Below are positions 33,639-43,491 of a stretch of DNA of 55,028 nt, piece by piece (position 1 is the stretch's first letter; each line of letters begins with the position of its first letter). Made by a program: the position numbers and the translations under genes. Source of the stretch: Parerythrobacter sp. (GTDB lineage Bacteria; Pseudomonadota; Alphaproteobacteria; Sphingomonadales; Sphingomonadaceae); contig JBGSPZ010000013.1 of the NCBI GenBank assembly GCA_041738375.1, positions 1-55,028 of the forward strand, written 5' to 3'. The notes below the pieces were generated by a model. That model saw nothing but the letters and a program-made list of their open reading frames with translations. It had not been told where the DNA came from and ran no database searches.

Positions 33639-34919
33639 ATGTTTTCATTCGCCCGCATGCCCGCCCGTCGCGCAGGTTCGCACCTGGCGCTGGCGATCGC
33701 ACTCGCCACCGGGGCTGTCGCCGGTCTCGCGCTGACAGCGCCTGCCGCCTATGCCCAGAAGCAGCCCAAATCGAACAACAGCAAGGGCTTTATTGCGGTC
33801 TATGGGCCGATCCTCGAACTCAGCAAGGCGGAAAGTCCTGACGAGGCCGCGCTGCGAGCCGGGATCGATCAGGTAGTTGCTGCGATCGAAAATCCCGACG
33901 ACCGCTATGCAGCCGGCGCATTCGCCAACAATGTCGGTGTCGATCTCGGTGACTACAGCCTGCAACGCAAGGGCATCAACCTGATGCTCGAGAGCGGCAA
34001 GGTCGCACCGGAACAGGTTGCCAAGTTCCATCACACGGTGGGCCAACTGGCCTATAACGACGACGATTACACCGCCGCGCGCGAAGCGTTCCAGAAGGCG
34101 ATCGATGCCGGTTACAACCGGAAGGATCTGGTCCCGCTGTATGCGGACACCTACTTCCAGCAGGACGATTATGCGACCGGCCTCGCCATGTACAAGACCG
34201 AGATCGAAACCCTCAAGGCGAGTGGCGAGAAGCCGCCCCGTGAATGGATCACCCGCGCGCTTGCAACAGCCTACAACAATGATCAGGCGATCCCGGCAAT
34301 CGAATTTGCTACCATGCTCGCGCGTGAATATCCCGATACCGAATCGTGGCGCGATGCGATCAATATCCAGCGCAATCTGGTGTTGATGGAAGGCCCTGAA
34401 TTGCTCGACTTGATGCGATTGGCAGACACGGTCGGCACGATGGATTCGGATCGCGACTATCTGGAGTATGCCGATGCTGCGGACGTTCTGCGCGCTCCCG
34501 GTGAGGTGAAGCGCATCCTCGACAAGGGGATTGCCGCCGGCAAGGTCAGCGCCGACGAACTGGTGGTCAAGGAAACGCTGGCTTCGGCAATCGCGCGGGT
34601 CGAGGACGACAAGAAGGACCTGATTGCCCTCGAAAAGGAAGCCATGGCCCCGGCTGCAACGGCCTCACTGGCGACCGAAGCGGCGGACGCGTTCCTGTCC
34701 TATCAGATGTACGATAAGGCAGAGACGGTCTACTTGCTCGCGCTCGGCATGCCGGGGGTCGACGAATCGAAGGCGAACCTGCGTCTCGGCATCGCCCAGC
34801 TGATGCTTGGCAAATCCGATGAGGCCAAAGCCTCGTTCGGCAAGGTCAAGGGGCAGCGTCGCCCGGTGGCCGGTCTGTGGTCGGTCTATGCCGACCAGAA
34901 GGCTTCGGCGACGATGTGA
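33639..34919 (+). CDS. Secreted alpha-helical (TPR-like) hypothetical protein
   Basis: GGGAG SD, signal peptide ending AYA-QK, repeated helical segments, C-terminal LRLGIAQ...AKASFGKV...LWSVYA. Confidence 0.7.
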   Translation: MFSFARMPARRAGSHLALAIALATGAVAGLALTAPAAYAQKQPKSNNSKGFIAVYGPILELSKAESPDEAALRAGIDQVVAAIENPDDRYAAGAFANNVGVDLGDYSLQRKGINLMLESGKVAPEQVAKFHHTVGQLAYNDDDYTAAREAFQKAIDAGYNRKDLVPLYADTYFQQDDYATGLAMYKTEIETLKASGEKPPREWITRALATAYNNDQAIPAIEFATMLAREYPDTESWRDAINIQRNLVLMEGPELLDLMRLADTVGTMDSDRDYLEYADAADVLRAPGEVKRILDKGIAAGKVSADELVVKETLASAIARVEDDKKDLIALEKEAMAPAATASLATEAADAFLSYQMYDKAETVYLLALGMPGVDESKANLRLGIAQLMLGKSDEAKASFGKVKGQRRPVAGLWSVYADQKASATM

Positions 34920-34945
34920 TCGCCGGGCCGGATTGCAATCGATCG

Positions 34946-34980
34946 ACGGGCGCGGAGGCAACTTCGCGCCCGTTTCGTTT
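34946..34980 (+). terminator. Rho-independent terminator
   Basis: ACGGGCGCGGAG-GCAA-CTTCGCGCCCGT followed by TTCGTTT. Confidence 0.75.
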
Positions 34981-35684
34981 CAGCGCAGCCGCTTGATCCA
35001 CACGTCGCCGTTATCGCGGCGCTCCTGGCTGAAATTGGGGATCGTTGCGATCATGTCGGTCAAGCGGCTGAAACCGTAGTTCCTTGCATCGAAGCTTGAG
35101 CGGTTTCCCGCGCGCTGGCCGACCTCCGACAGCTTGGCATAGCCCTGCGCATCGCGCTTGCTGCTGTTGTAGGCATCGACCAGGAGCTGGACGAGATCGG
35201 TATCGACCGGCTCGCTTGCCGCGTTTTTGTCCGGCTTGTCGGCGGAGATGAGTGCGTCGACATCGATGAAGCGTGTGCAGGCTTCGCGGAAGCCTTCGGG
35301 CGTGGTCGACCTGCCGAAGCCATAGACCGGATAGCCATCCTGCCGGATGCGCATCGCAAGCGGCATGAAGTCGCTGTCCGAACTCATGATTCCAAAACCA
35401 TGGACGCGCCCGCGATAGAGCAAATCCATCGCGTCGATGGTCATTTTCATATCGGTCGCGTTCTTGCCCTTCGTCAGGTCGAACTGCTGTTGCGGCTCGA
35501 TGCCGTAGCGATGCATCTTGTCGACCCAGTTTTTAAGGCTCGCCTTGCGCCAGTTGCCGTAAGCCCGGCGAATATTGACCTTGCCCAGTTCGGCCAGCAC
35601 CGTCAGGACCGCATCGATCCCATCGGCGCGGGCGTTGTCGGCGTCGATGAGCAGGGCGATGTTCTGGTTGTTGTGATTATCCAT
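34980..35684 (-). CDS. NYN (LabA/DUF88 PIN-like) domain protein with C-terminal OST-HTH/LOTUS domain
   Basis: IALLIDADN, RRAYGNW, GKNATDMKMTIDAMD, SSDSDFMPL, FDARNYGFSRLTDMI. Confidence 0.9.
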   Translation of the reverse strand: MDNHNNQNIALLIDADNARADGIDAVLTVLAELGKVNIRRAYGNWRKASLKNWVDKMHRYGIEPQQQFDLTKGKNATDMKMTIDAMDLLYRGRVHGFGIMSSDSDFMPLAMRIRQDGYPVYGFGRSTTPEGFREACTRFIDVDALISADKPDKNAASEPVDTDLVQLLVDAYNSSKRDAQGYAKLSEVGQRAGNRSSFDARNYGFSRLTDMIATIPNFSQERRDNGDVWIKRLR

Positions 35685-35723
35685 CGGCCCAACATGGGCG
35701 CGCCGGGCATGGCTCGCAAGCAG

Positions 35724-36365
35724 CTATTCCGCCGGACGGAAATCTCCGCTGGCTTCGTCGAGCAAGTGCAGCACGCCGTCGGAGATTGCGAAGAAAGCGC
35801 CACGCAGCTTGAGTTCGCCCGATGCTTCCTTCGCGCGGATACAGGGGAATGTGCGCAGGTTCTCAAGGCTGACCTTGACCCCCGCCAACTCCATTGCACG
35901 TTCTGCCGCCCGCCCTTGCGTTCCGTGCTTTGCCGCAATCGGTTCACGTACCGCATCGAGCAGGTGAATCCAGTCGGCGATAAAGCCGCCTTCGCCGGGG
36001 TCCGTACCGCGAAGTTCCTGCGTCAGTGCCACGCGGCAGCCACCGCACATCCCGTGGCCTATCACCACGATCTGCTTCACTTTCAGCACCTGCACCGCGA
36101 ATTCGAGTGCAGCGGACACACCGTGCAGACCCGGCGTGGTTTCGAACGGCGGGACCAACGCCGCGACGTTGCGGACTACGAATATCTCACCCGGGTCGAC
36201 ATCGAAGATCTGCGCCGGGTCCACCCTGCTGTCGGAACAGCCGATAATCATCAGCTTGGGGCTTTGTCCTTCCGCAGCAAGCCTGTCGAAGCGGGCGCGC
36301 TGCCGCCGATAGCCTTGCGCACGAAACCTGCGATATCCTTCGAGCAGCTGGGCGAATTCCGGCAT
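35724..36365 (-). CDS. Beta-class carbonic anhydrase
   Basis: CSDSRV, FVVRNVA, SAALEFAV, GHGMCGG zinc ligands; TGATG-coupled to the upstream gene. Confidence 0.94.
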   Translation of the reverse strand: MPEFAQLLEGYRRFRAQGYRRQRARFDRLAAEGQSPKLMIIGCSDSRVDPAQIFDVDPGEIFVVRNVAALVPPFETTPGLHGVSAALEFAVQVLKVKQIVVIGHGMCGGCRVALTQELRGTDPGEGGFIADWIHLLDAVREPIAAKHGTQGRAAERAMELAGVKVSLENLRTFPCIRAKEASGELKLRGAFFAISDGVLHLLDEASGDFRPAE

Positions 36366-36673
36366 CAGAACCGCTCGCCCCTGATGACCTCGACATCCCA
36401 CATCGTCAGCAACAAACCGTGGCTCGACAGGATCGGAGCAAGATCCTCTGCCAGCGCCATGGCTTTCTCCTGCGGCGCGATGGTGAGCACGAAGACCCTG
36501 TCGGTGCCCATCACTCTCTCTTCGCGCCAGTGACCTTCGCGGCCTTTGCCCGAAGTGACAGGAGTGATTGTCCAACCCGTGATGCCGGCGTGCCCGATCG
36601 CATCGGTTACCCGACGGACGAGTGCACTGTCAGTCAGGATCTCGATCCGTTTGCGAATGACGGTTTCGATCAT
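36365..36673 (-). CDS. PII-like signalling protein (SbtB-like)
   Basis: 102 aa, KRIEI, GITGWT, SGKGREG, C-terminal DVEVIRGERF; ATGA-coupled to the sbtA-like gene. Confidence 0.8.
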   Translation of the reverse strand: MIETVIRKRIEILTDSALVRRVTDAIGHAGITGWTITPVTSGKGREGHWREERVMGTDRVFVLTIAPQEKAMALAEDLAPILSSHGLLLTMWDVEVIRGERF

Positions 36674-37653
36674 GGTGCCGCGGCTCCTCCGGCCAGCATC
36701 GTCGCAAAGGCGGTGAGCAGGCCGATATTGATCAGAATGTTGAACGGGAAGGTGATGCTGAGCGACATGGTCAGGTAAATCCCCGGATCTGCTTCGGGCA
36801 GGGCCAGCCGCATGGCGGCCGGGACCGCAATATAGCTGGCACTGGCACACAGGACTCCGAAGGCCGCGACGGACCCCGTGTCGAGGCCGATGGCGTGGGC
36901 GGATAGGGCACCCAAGGTCCCGTTGATCAAGGGCAGGGCAATCGCAATGACTGCCAGCCGCCAGGTGAGCGCACGCGCGTCCATGATCCGCCGTGCTGCA
37001 ATCAGGCCCATGTCGAGCAGGAACAGGCACAGCACACCCTTGAACCCGGCCTCGAAGAATGGCGCTACCTCGATGAAGCCGTCCGGCCCCGCAACCATGC
37101 CGATGGCAAAGGCACCGAGCGGCAGAACGACCGAGGCGTTGAGGAAAACCTCATGCAGGATTTCCGCTTTGCTCCGGCGGTCGCTGCCCTTGCCAAGGCC
37201 TCGGGCCAGCAGCAATCCGGTAAGGATAGCGGGTGTTTCCATCGCGGCGAGCACGGCGACCATGAACCCCTGCGGTGCCATCGACGCAGCGGTCAGGATT
37301 TCCACGGCGGTGACATAGGTCACCACGCTCACCGATCCGTAATGCGCGGCGACGGCCCCGGCGTTGATCCGGTCGAGCCGTCCGAAGTTGCGCAGCAGGA
37401 AGTTTGCGATCAGCGGCAGGCTGAAGCTGGCGACAATGCCGATCAGCAAGGCCCCCAGAATACGCGCATCGAGCCCGGACTTGGCAACCGCGACTCCGCC
37501 CTTCAGCCCGATGGCCGCCATCAGGTAAAGCGACATGCCCTTGGCGATGGCCTCGGGAATCGCGAGGTCGGAGCGGGCGAAGGCCGCGAAGAGCCCCAGG
37601 ATGAAAAACAGCACGACCGGCGAAGTGAAGGTCTGGAGGGCTGATGTGTCCAT
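36670..37653 (-). CDS. Sodium-dependent bicarbonate transporter family permease (SbtA/DUF897)
   Basis: PVVLFF, SDLAIPE, SLYLMAAIGLKGG, AAHYGSVSVVT, FLLDMG, ASASYIAVPAAMR, TFPFNI. Confidence 0.88.
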   Translation of the reverse strand: MDTSALQTFTSPVVLFFILGLFAAFARSDLAIPEAIAKGMSLYLMAAIGLKGGVAVAKSGLDARILGALLIGIVASFSLPLIANFLLRNFGRLDRINAGAVAAHYGSVSVVTYVTAVEILTAASMAPQGFMVAVLAAMETPAILTGLLLARGLGKGSDRRSKAEILHEVFLNASVVLPLGAFAIGMVAGPDGFIEVAPFFEAGFKGVLCLFLLDMGLIAARRIMDARALTWRLAVIAIALPLINGTLGALSAHAIGLDTGSVAAFGVLCASASYIAVPAAMRLALPEADPGIYLTMSLSITFPFNILINIGLLTAFATMLAGGAAAP

Positions 37654-37753
37654 GCTGCGGCGCTAGCGGAGCCATAGGCTGCAAACAAGGCGCAAAACCA
37701 TTCTGGTGTGTGGCCCGTTGCGTGCGAGGCCGCGCTTCCCTAAGTGGCAGGTC

Positions 37754-38698
37754 ATGAACGATCTTTCGAGCGTCCCGCAATCCGGTCAGGAGCCTCCTGT
37801 GCGTCAGCGCAAGCCCGACTGGATCAGGGTCAAGGCGCCCGTCAGCAAAGGCTATCATGAAACGCGCAAGCTCATGCGCGATCTCAAGCTGAATACAGTG
37901 TGCGAGGAAGCAGCTTGCCCGAACATCGGCGAATGCTGGGAGAAAAAGCACGCGACGGTGATGATCCTCGGCGATGTCTGCACCAGGGCATGCGCATTCT
38001 GCAACGTAAAGACCGGCATGCCGCGTATGGTCGACCCGATGGAACCGGACAACGTCGCCATCGCAGCCGGGCAGATGGGACTTGAGCACATCGTCATCAC
38101 CAGTGTCGACCGCGATGACCTGCCCGATGGTGGGGCAGGGCAGTTCGTCAAGGTGATCAAGGCGTTGCGGCGCGAGACGCCGGGTACGACGATCGAGATC
38201 CTGACGCCGGATTTTCGCGGCAAGATGCGCGCTGCGGTCGAGGCGATCTGCGAAGCCGGGCCGGACGTTTACAATCACAATCTCGAAACCGTCCCACGGC
38301 TCTATCCTACGATCCGGCCCGGTGCGCGCTATTACGCATCGCTTCGACTGCTTGAAGAGGTGAAGGCGCACGATCCGCTGATCTTCACCAAGTCAGGCAT
38401 CATGCTGGGTCTGGGTGAAGAGCGGCTCGAGGTGCATCAGGTGATGGACGACATGCGCAGCGCGGATGTCGACTTCATCACCATGGGCCAATATTTGCAG
38501 CCCACCCCCCGGCACGCCAAGGTGGTGGATTTCGTAACTCCGAAAAGTTTCGCTGCCTATGGTTCGATCGCACGCGCGAAGGGTTTCCTGCAGGTGGCAG
38601 CGAGCCCGCTGACCCGCAGCAGCTATCATGCGGGCGACGATTTCGCCCAGATGAAGTCCGCGCGCGAAGCCAGATTGGCGAAACCCAAGCGGGCCTGA
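37754..38698 (+). CDS. lipA: Lipoyl synthase
   Basis: [43 protein letters not shown]. Confidence 0.97.
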   Translation: MNDLSSVPQSGQEPPVRQRKPDWIRVKAPVSKGYHETRKLMRDLKLNTVCEEAACPNIGECWEKKHATVMILGDVCTRACAFCNVKTGMPRMVDPMEPDNVAIAAGQMGLEHIVITSVDRDDLPDGGAGQFVKVIKALRRETPGTTIEILTPDFRGKMRAAVEAICEAGPDVYNHNLETVPRLYPTIRPGARYYASLRLLEEVKAHDPLIFTKSGIMLGLGEERLEVHQVMDDMRSADVDFITMGQYLQPTPRHAKVVDFVTPKSFAAYGSIARAKGFLQVAASPLTRSSYHAGDDFAQMKSAREARLAKPKRA

Positions 38699-39159
38699 TG
38701 CCGCTGATCCACGAACATCGTCAGCTTCCCTATTCGGCGGAGCAGATTTTCGACCTTGTCGCCGATGTCGCGCGTTATCCGGAATTCCTGCCGTGGGTCG
38801 TGGCAACGCGGATACGCGAAAACAGCGAAACCGAGATGCTCGCCGACATGGTCGTCGGGTTCAAATCGCTGCGCGAAAAGTTTACCTCGCGGGTCGCGAA
38901 GGAGCGGCCGAACCGAATCGTCGTGCATTATGTCGACGGTCCGATGCGCAATCTCGATAACAGCTGGTCCATCATGCCGCTCGGCGAACGTAGTTGCGAA
39001 GTCGATTTCCGGGTCGAGTTCACCTTCAAGAGCCGTGTGTTCGAGGCTCTGGCCGGGCAGTATATCGATCGCGCGTTTCGCAAGCTGATGGGGGCTTTCG
39101 AGGAACGGGCAGCCGAGCTTTATGGCAGTAGCAGTTCGAGCGCGACCAGCGCAGCCTGA
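38698..39159 (+). CDS. ratA: RatA/PasT (Coq10-like START domain) protein
   Basis: LPYSAEQIFDLVADVARYPEFLPW, EKFTSRV, AFEERA; follows lipA. Confidence 0.88.
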   Translation: MPLIHEHRQLPYSAEQIFDLVADVARYPEFLPWVVATRIRENSETEMLADMVVGFKSLREKFTSRVAKERPNRIVVHYVDGPMRNLDNSWSIMPLGERSCEVDFRVEFTFKSRVFEALAGQYIDRAFRKLMGAFEERAAELYGSSSSSATSAA

Positions 39160-39638
39160 CGGCGGATTTCGGAGCGCCCCAGATCGCCAAACTGTTTCAG
39201 ATCGCCTTCCTGTTTGCAATCTACCCCCTTGATCGCGCGGGCAAACACCACCGTGCCCACCGGCTTCAGGTCGGTCCCGCCTGCCGGGCCAGCGACGCCG
39301 CTCACTGCGACCGCGACATCGGCCTTGCTATGCGCCAGCGCCCCCTGCGCCATGGCCCAGGCGCAGGCGATGGAGACGGCACCGAAGGTTTCGATAATGT
39401 CGCTCGCAACGCCAAGGCTCTCGACCTTCGCCTCGTTCGAATAGGTGACGAAGGCCCGCTCGAGGACAGCGGATGAACCGGGAATCTCGGTCAGTGCAGC
39501 GGCGACCAGCCCGCCGGTGCAACTCTCGGCGAGGGTTACAGTGCGACCGAGCCGTGCGTTCGCCTCCACGACGCGGCGCGCCAGGGCTATCACGTTAGCG
39601 GGCAGGTTCCCTTCGCTCACTCGCCGTCCATCGGACAT
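39120..39638 (-). CDS. cinA: CinA/PncC family nicotinamide mononucleotide deamidase
   Basis: AESCTGG, GSSAV, TYSNEAK, GAVS, SGVAGPAGG, KPVGTV. Confidence 0.9.
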   Translation of the reverse strand: MSDGRRVSEGNLPANVIALARRVVEANARLGRTVTLAESCTGGLVAAALTEIPGSSAVLERAFVTYSNEAKVESLGVASDIIETFGAVSIACAWAMAQGALAHSKADVAVAVSGVAGPAGGTDLKPVGTVVFARAIKGVDCKQEGDLKQFGDLGRSEIRRQAALVALELLLP

Positions 39639-40147
39639 ATTTCGATAACCTTGGCTTTCGCTATCGCGGCGAGGAATGTGACCAACTTGGCTGTTTCTGT
39701 CGGCGGCAGCGGCTCGAGCAGTTGCATCCCCCGCTCGATGCGCGAGCAATCCTTCACCTTTATCTCTGCTCCGATCTTCTCGACAAGGATCGCATCGACA
39801 AACGGTCGCACCGCTTCCGCGGGCAGCGACAGCATCAACTGCGCGACCTCCGGATCGTCACCGCCTGCCAATTGGCCCAGCACACGGAGAGCGGCCGGCC
39901 ATGCAGCATTCTGGTGAGCGGCGAACTTCGCCTTCAGTTCGCCGCCTTTCAATGCCAGATAGTTGTCCGCCGGGAGTGTAGCACTGCAACGTCCCTCAAC
40001 CGCCTGCACAATCAGCGGCATCGAATAGATGATGGCGTCGGACACGTCATCCTGCGGCACGCAGGTCTGGGCAAAAGCCGTGTAGGGCTGCGAGAGCGCA
40101 ATCAATCCGAGTGCGGCACCAGCCAGCCTGTGAAATCGTCCGGACAT
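39617..40147 (-). CDS. Secreted hypothetical protein
   Basis: Signal peptide ending AFA-QT, four Cys, helical; tightly packed between ispDF and cinA. Confidence 0.7.
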   Translation of the reverse strand: MSGRFHRLAGAALGLIALSQPYTAFAQTCVPQDDVSDAIIYSMPLIVQAVEGRCSATLPADNYLALKGGELKAKFAAHQNAAWPAALRVLGQLAGGDDPEVAQLMLSLPAEAVRPFVDAILVEKIGAEIKVKDCSRIERGMQLLEPLPPTETAKLVTFLAAIAKAKVIEICPMDGE

Positions 40148-40150
40148 TGT

Positions 40151-41317
40151 CTAGGCACCTTCTGCTAATAGGGTTGCAATGGCCTGCGCCGCAATTCCTT
40201 CATCACGACCGGTGAAGCCCAGCCGCTCGGTCGTGGTTGCCTTGACGCTAACCTGTGACCGCGGGATTTCCAATATCTGTGCGATCCGTTCGACCATCGC
40301 CGCGCGGTGCGGGCCGATCTTGGGCGCTTCGCAAATGATCGTCACATCGACATTGCCGATGCGATAACCCTCCGACCGGGCCAGCTCAATTGCGTGACGC
40401 AGGAACTGGTCGGACGCCGCCCCTTTCCAGCGCGGATCGGTCGGCGAGAAATGCTCCCCGATGTCGCCAGCGCCCACCGCACCGAGAATGGCATCGGTCA
40501 GCGCATGCAATGCGACGTCGGCATCGCTGTGGCCGACCAGTCCCCTGCTGTGATCGATCCGTATTCCGCCAAGCCACAGCTCTTCGCCTTCGCCGAGACG
40601 ATGGACATCGAAACCGGTGCCGATCCGGACGGGTGGTACTGTCACGGAAAAATCCTCTGCGAATGTCAGCTTGCGCAGCGCTTCGTCGCCCTCGACCAGC
40701 CGCACTTCGTATCCCGCTGCCTGCGCGACTTGCGCATCGTCGCCCGCTTCGCGTGTGATATCCCACGCGCGGTGGGCGGAAAGAATTTCGCCGAAGCGGA
40801 AGGCTTGCGGTGTCTGGACCCGGCGCAGTTCTTCCCGCTGTGCCGCTCCAGTCATCAGTCCATCGCGCGCGATCGCGATGCTGTCGACCACCGGCAAAAC
40901 CGGGATTGCCCCCGTTGCGCTATCGAGCGCGCCCAACAATCGTTCGATTACGGGTCGGAGAAGTCCGGGTCGTGCGGCATCGTGTATCAGGACTTTACCG
41001 GCCGGTTCGCTTTCGAGTGCTTCAAGTCCGGCAAGCACGGACTCGCGCCGACTTTCGCCGCCTTTCACCAGCACTGCCATGGGAAAGGGCAGGACGATCT
41101 CCCGGGCCATCTCGTCACCCGGATCAGGAACTACGACGACGATACGCGCCGCACAGCTCTCAACAAAAGCTGAGAGCGAATGGGACAGGACAGGCTTGCC
41201 CCGCCACATCGCAAATTGCTTGGGCACGGGCTGTCCCGCACGCAGCCCTTGCCCACCGGCGACAATGATCGCGTCGAACGGTCTTGGGGCAGGGGAGGGA
41301 GGCGCACCAGCGGGCAT
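40151..41317 (-). CDS. ispDF: Bifunctional IspD/IspF (MEP pathway)
   Basis: [25 protein letters not shown], then [30 protein letters not shown]. Confidence 0.95.
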   Translation of the reverse strand: MPAGAPPSPAPRPFDAIIVAGGQGLRAGQPVPKQFAMWRGKPVLSHSLSAFVESCAARIVVVVPDPGDEMAREIVLPFPMAVLVKGGESRRESVLAGLEALESEPAGKVLIHDAARPGLLRPVIERLLGALDSATGAIPVLPVVDSIAIARDGLMTGAAQREELRRVQTPQAFRFGEILSAHRAWDITREAGDDAQVAQAAGYEVRLVEGDEALRKLTFAEDFSVTVPPVRIGTGFDVHRLGEGEELWLGGIRIDHSRGLVGHSDADVALHALTDAILGAVGAGDIGEHFSPTDPRWKGAASDQFLRHAIELARSEGYRIGNVDVTIICEAPKIGPHRAAMVERIAQILEIPRSQVSVKATTTERLGFTGRDEGIAAQAIATLLAEGA

Positions 41318-41366
41318 TGTGACCGGCGCTAGCGCCTTGCGCAGGCAGTCGCAATCCGATAAGCGC

Positions 41367-41383
41367 TGCCCAAATTTTAGGCA
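41367..41383. promoter_or_regulatory. NtrC-type binding site upstream of dusB-ntrBC
   Basis: TGCCCAAATTTTAGGCA (TGC-N11-GCA with AT-rich centre), 10 bp before the dusB start. Confidence 0.6.
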
Positions 41384-41392
41384 CCGCCCCGA

Positions 41393-42409
41393 ATGACCGA
41401 TCTCCCCGTACCCCCGCCACTCAGACCGATCGATATCGGGCCAGTTCGGATCGCAACGCCGGTTGTCCTGGCGCCGATGACCGGCGTAACGGACAAGCCG
41501 TTCCGCACTCTGGTGCGGCGTTATGGATCGGGTCTCAACGTAACCGAGATGATCGCCAGCGAAGCGGCCATCCGCGAGACGCGCCAGAGCGTCCAGAAGG
41601 CGGAGTGGGACGCGATCGAAGAACCGGTTTCGATGCAGCTTGTCGGCTGCGATCCGGCAAGCATGGCCGAGGCGGCCAAGCTGCAACAGGGAAATGGCGC
41701 GGCGATCATCGATATCAATTTCGGCTGCCCTGTGCGCAAGGTTGTCGGCCAGCTCGCCGGTTCGGCACTGATGCGCGAAGTCCCGCTGGCGACGCGATTG
41801 ATGGAAGCGACCGTTAATGCGGTGGATGTGCCGGTTACGGTCAAGATGCGCATGGGCTGGGATCATGACAGCCTCAATGCCCCGGAGCTTGCCCGGATTG
41901 CCGAGGATCTCGGGGTCAGGATGATCACGGTTCATGGGCGAACCCGCAACCAGATGTACAAGGGCAGTGCGGACTGGAGCTTCATCCGCAAGGTCAAGCA
42001 GGCGGTGTCGATCCCGGTGATCGTGAACGGCGATATCTGTACGATCGACGATGCGGCGAAGGCGTTGGATCAGTCAAGAGCGGACGGCTTGATGATCGGC
42101 CGCGGGGCCTATGGGAAGCCGTGGTTGCTGGGCCAGGTGATGCACTGGTGGCGGACCGGCGAAGCTCGCGACGCCCCCGATTTTGCCGAACAGTATAGCG
42201 TCCTTGTCGAACATTACCGCGCGATGCTCGATCACTACGGCAGGCAGGTCGGCACCAAGATCGCGCGCAAGCATCTGGGCTGGTACACCAAGGGCATGCA
42301 TGGCTCCGCCGAGTTCCGCAATTTCGTCAATTTCATCGAGGACCCTGAGCAGGTGCTGGGCGAAATCGATCGCTTCTATGAGCCGTTCGTGCACCGCAGG
42401 GCGGCATGA
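41393..42409 (+). CDS. dusB: tRNA-dihydrouridine synthase B (NifR3 family)
   Basis: [42 protein letters not shown]. Confidence 0.95.
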   Translation: MTDLPVPPPLRPIDIGPVRIATPVVLAPMTGVTDKPFRTLVRRYGSGLNVTEMIASEAAIRETRQSVQKAEWDAIEEPVSMQLVGCDPASMAEAAKLQQGNGAAIIDINFGCPVRKVVGQLAGSALMREVPLATRLMEATVNAVDVPVTVKMRMGWDHDSLNAPELARIAEDLGVRMITVHGRTRNQMYKGSADWSFIRKVKQAVSIPVIVNGDICTIDDAAKALDQSRADGLMIGRGAYGKPWLLGQVMHWWRTGEARDAPDFAEQYSVLVEHYRAMLDHYGRQVGTKIARKHLGWYTKGMHGSAEFRNFVNFIEDPEQVLGEIDRFYEPFVHRRAA

Positions 42410-43491
42410 CCTTGTCCGCCATAGCGCCCGATCCTCGTGCGCAAATCTCCGGTCTGGTGTTCGCGCTGATGGTGCTTGACCCCGATTTCATTGTGATCGA
42501 GGCCAATCCTGCGGCCGAGGATCTGCTGGGCCAAAGCGCCAAGCGGCTCGTCGGGATGGCTCTGCCGGACCTGCTAGACCTGAGCGGGAGCGGGGTCGAG
42601 AACCGTCTCGATCGGGAGAATGCCCAGCTCATCGCGCGGGGCGTGATGATCGGCATCGCCGGGCAAGAGCGACGGGTCAACCTCACGGTAAGCCCGCTTT
42701 CGACCCATCCCGGATGGCGCGTGCTGACGTTGACCGACGCAGGGCAGGAAGACATGGCGGGCAATAGCGGGCCGGACGTTTCGCTGAAGGCCCCTTCGAT
42801 CCTCGCACATGAAATCAAGAACCCGCTCGCGGCGATACGCGGGGCAGGCCAGTTGCTTGCCCGCAAGCTCGAGCAAGGCGACCGGGCGCTGACCGACGTC
42901 ATTTCCGAAGAGGTCGATAGAATCGCCCGCTTGATCGACCGGATGCAGGAACTGGGAAGCAATACGCAGGAGCCAGTCGGTCCGGTCAATCTTCACGAGT
43001 CGATACGCAAGGCGATAGCGACATCGCGCACCCGGCCTGGTGCGACGGTCGAGTTTGTCGAGGAATTCGATCCGTCACTGCCGCCGGTGCTTGCCAACCG
43101 GGACTTGCTCGAACAGGCGCTGATCAACCTGATCGTCAATGCCATCGACGCTTGCAACCACGGTGACGAGCCAAGGATTTCCATCCGCACGCGGTTCGTC
43201 AGCGGTCTTGCCGCCAACGTCTTCCGGTTCGGCACTGCGGTTCGCCTGCCGATCGAGGTTTCGGTGGCAGACAATGGCCCCGGGCTCGATCCCGCACTGG
43301 CAGATCACATCTTCGAACCCTTCGTCACCAGCAAGAAAAACGGGCAGGGCCTCGGCTTGCCGCTGGTGAAGAAGATGGTCGGGGACATGGGGGGGAGGGT
43401 AAGCCATCGGCGCGACCAGAAGGCTGGCCTGACGATCTTCAAGATCCACCTTGCGGTCTCGGAGCGGCCGCCGGAGACCGCGCATGGCTAA
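42406..43491 (+). CDS. ntrB: Nitrogen regulation sensor histidine kinase
   Basis: [40 protein letters not shown]. Confidence 0.9.
   Translation: MTLSAIAPDPRAQISGLVFALMVLDPDFIVIEANPAAEDLLGQSAKRLVGMALPDLLDLSGSGVENRLDRENAQLIARGVMIGIAGQERRVNLTVSPLSTHPGWRVLTLTDAGQEDMAGNSGPDVSLKAPSILAHEIKNPLAAIRGAGQLLARKLEQGDRALTDVISEEVDRIARLIDRMQELGSNTQEPVGPVNLHESIRKAIATSRTRPGATVEFVEEFDPSLPPVLANRDLLEQALINLIVNAIDACNHGDEPRISIRTRFVSGLAANVFRFGTAVRLPIEVSVADNGPGLDPALADHIFEPFVTSKKNGQGLGLPLVKKMVGDMGGRVSHRRDQKAGLTIFKIHLAVSERPPETAHG

Noticed and set aside
38698-39159. RatA as a toxin-antitoxin or defence system
   Set aside because: No ratB partner; conserved lipA-linked Coq10-like housekeeping gene.
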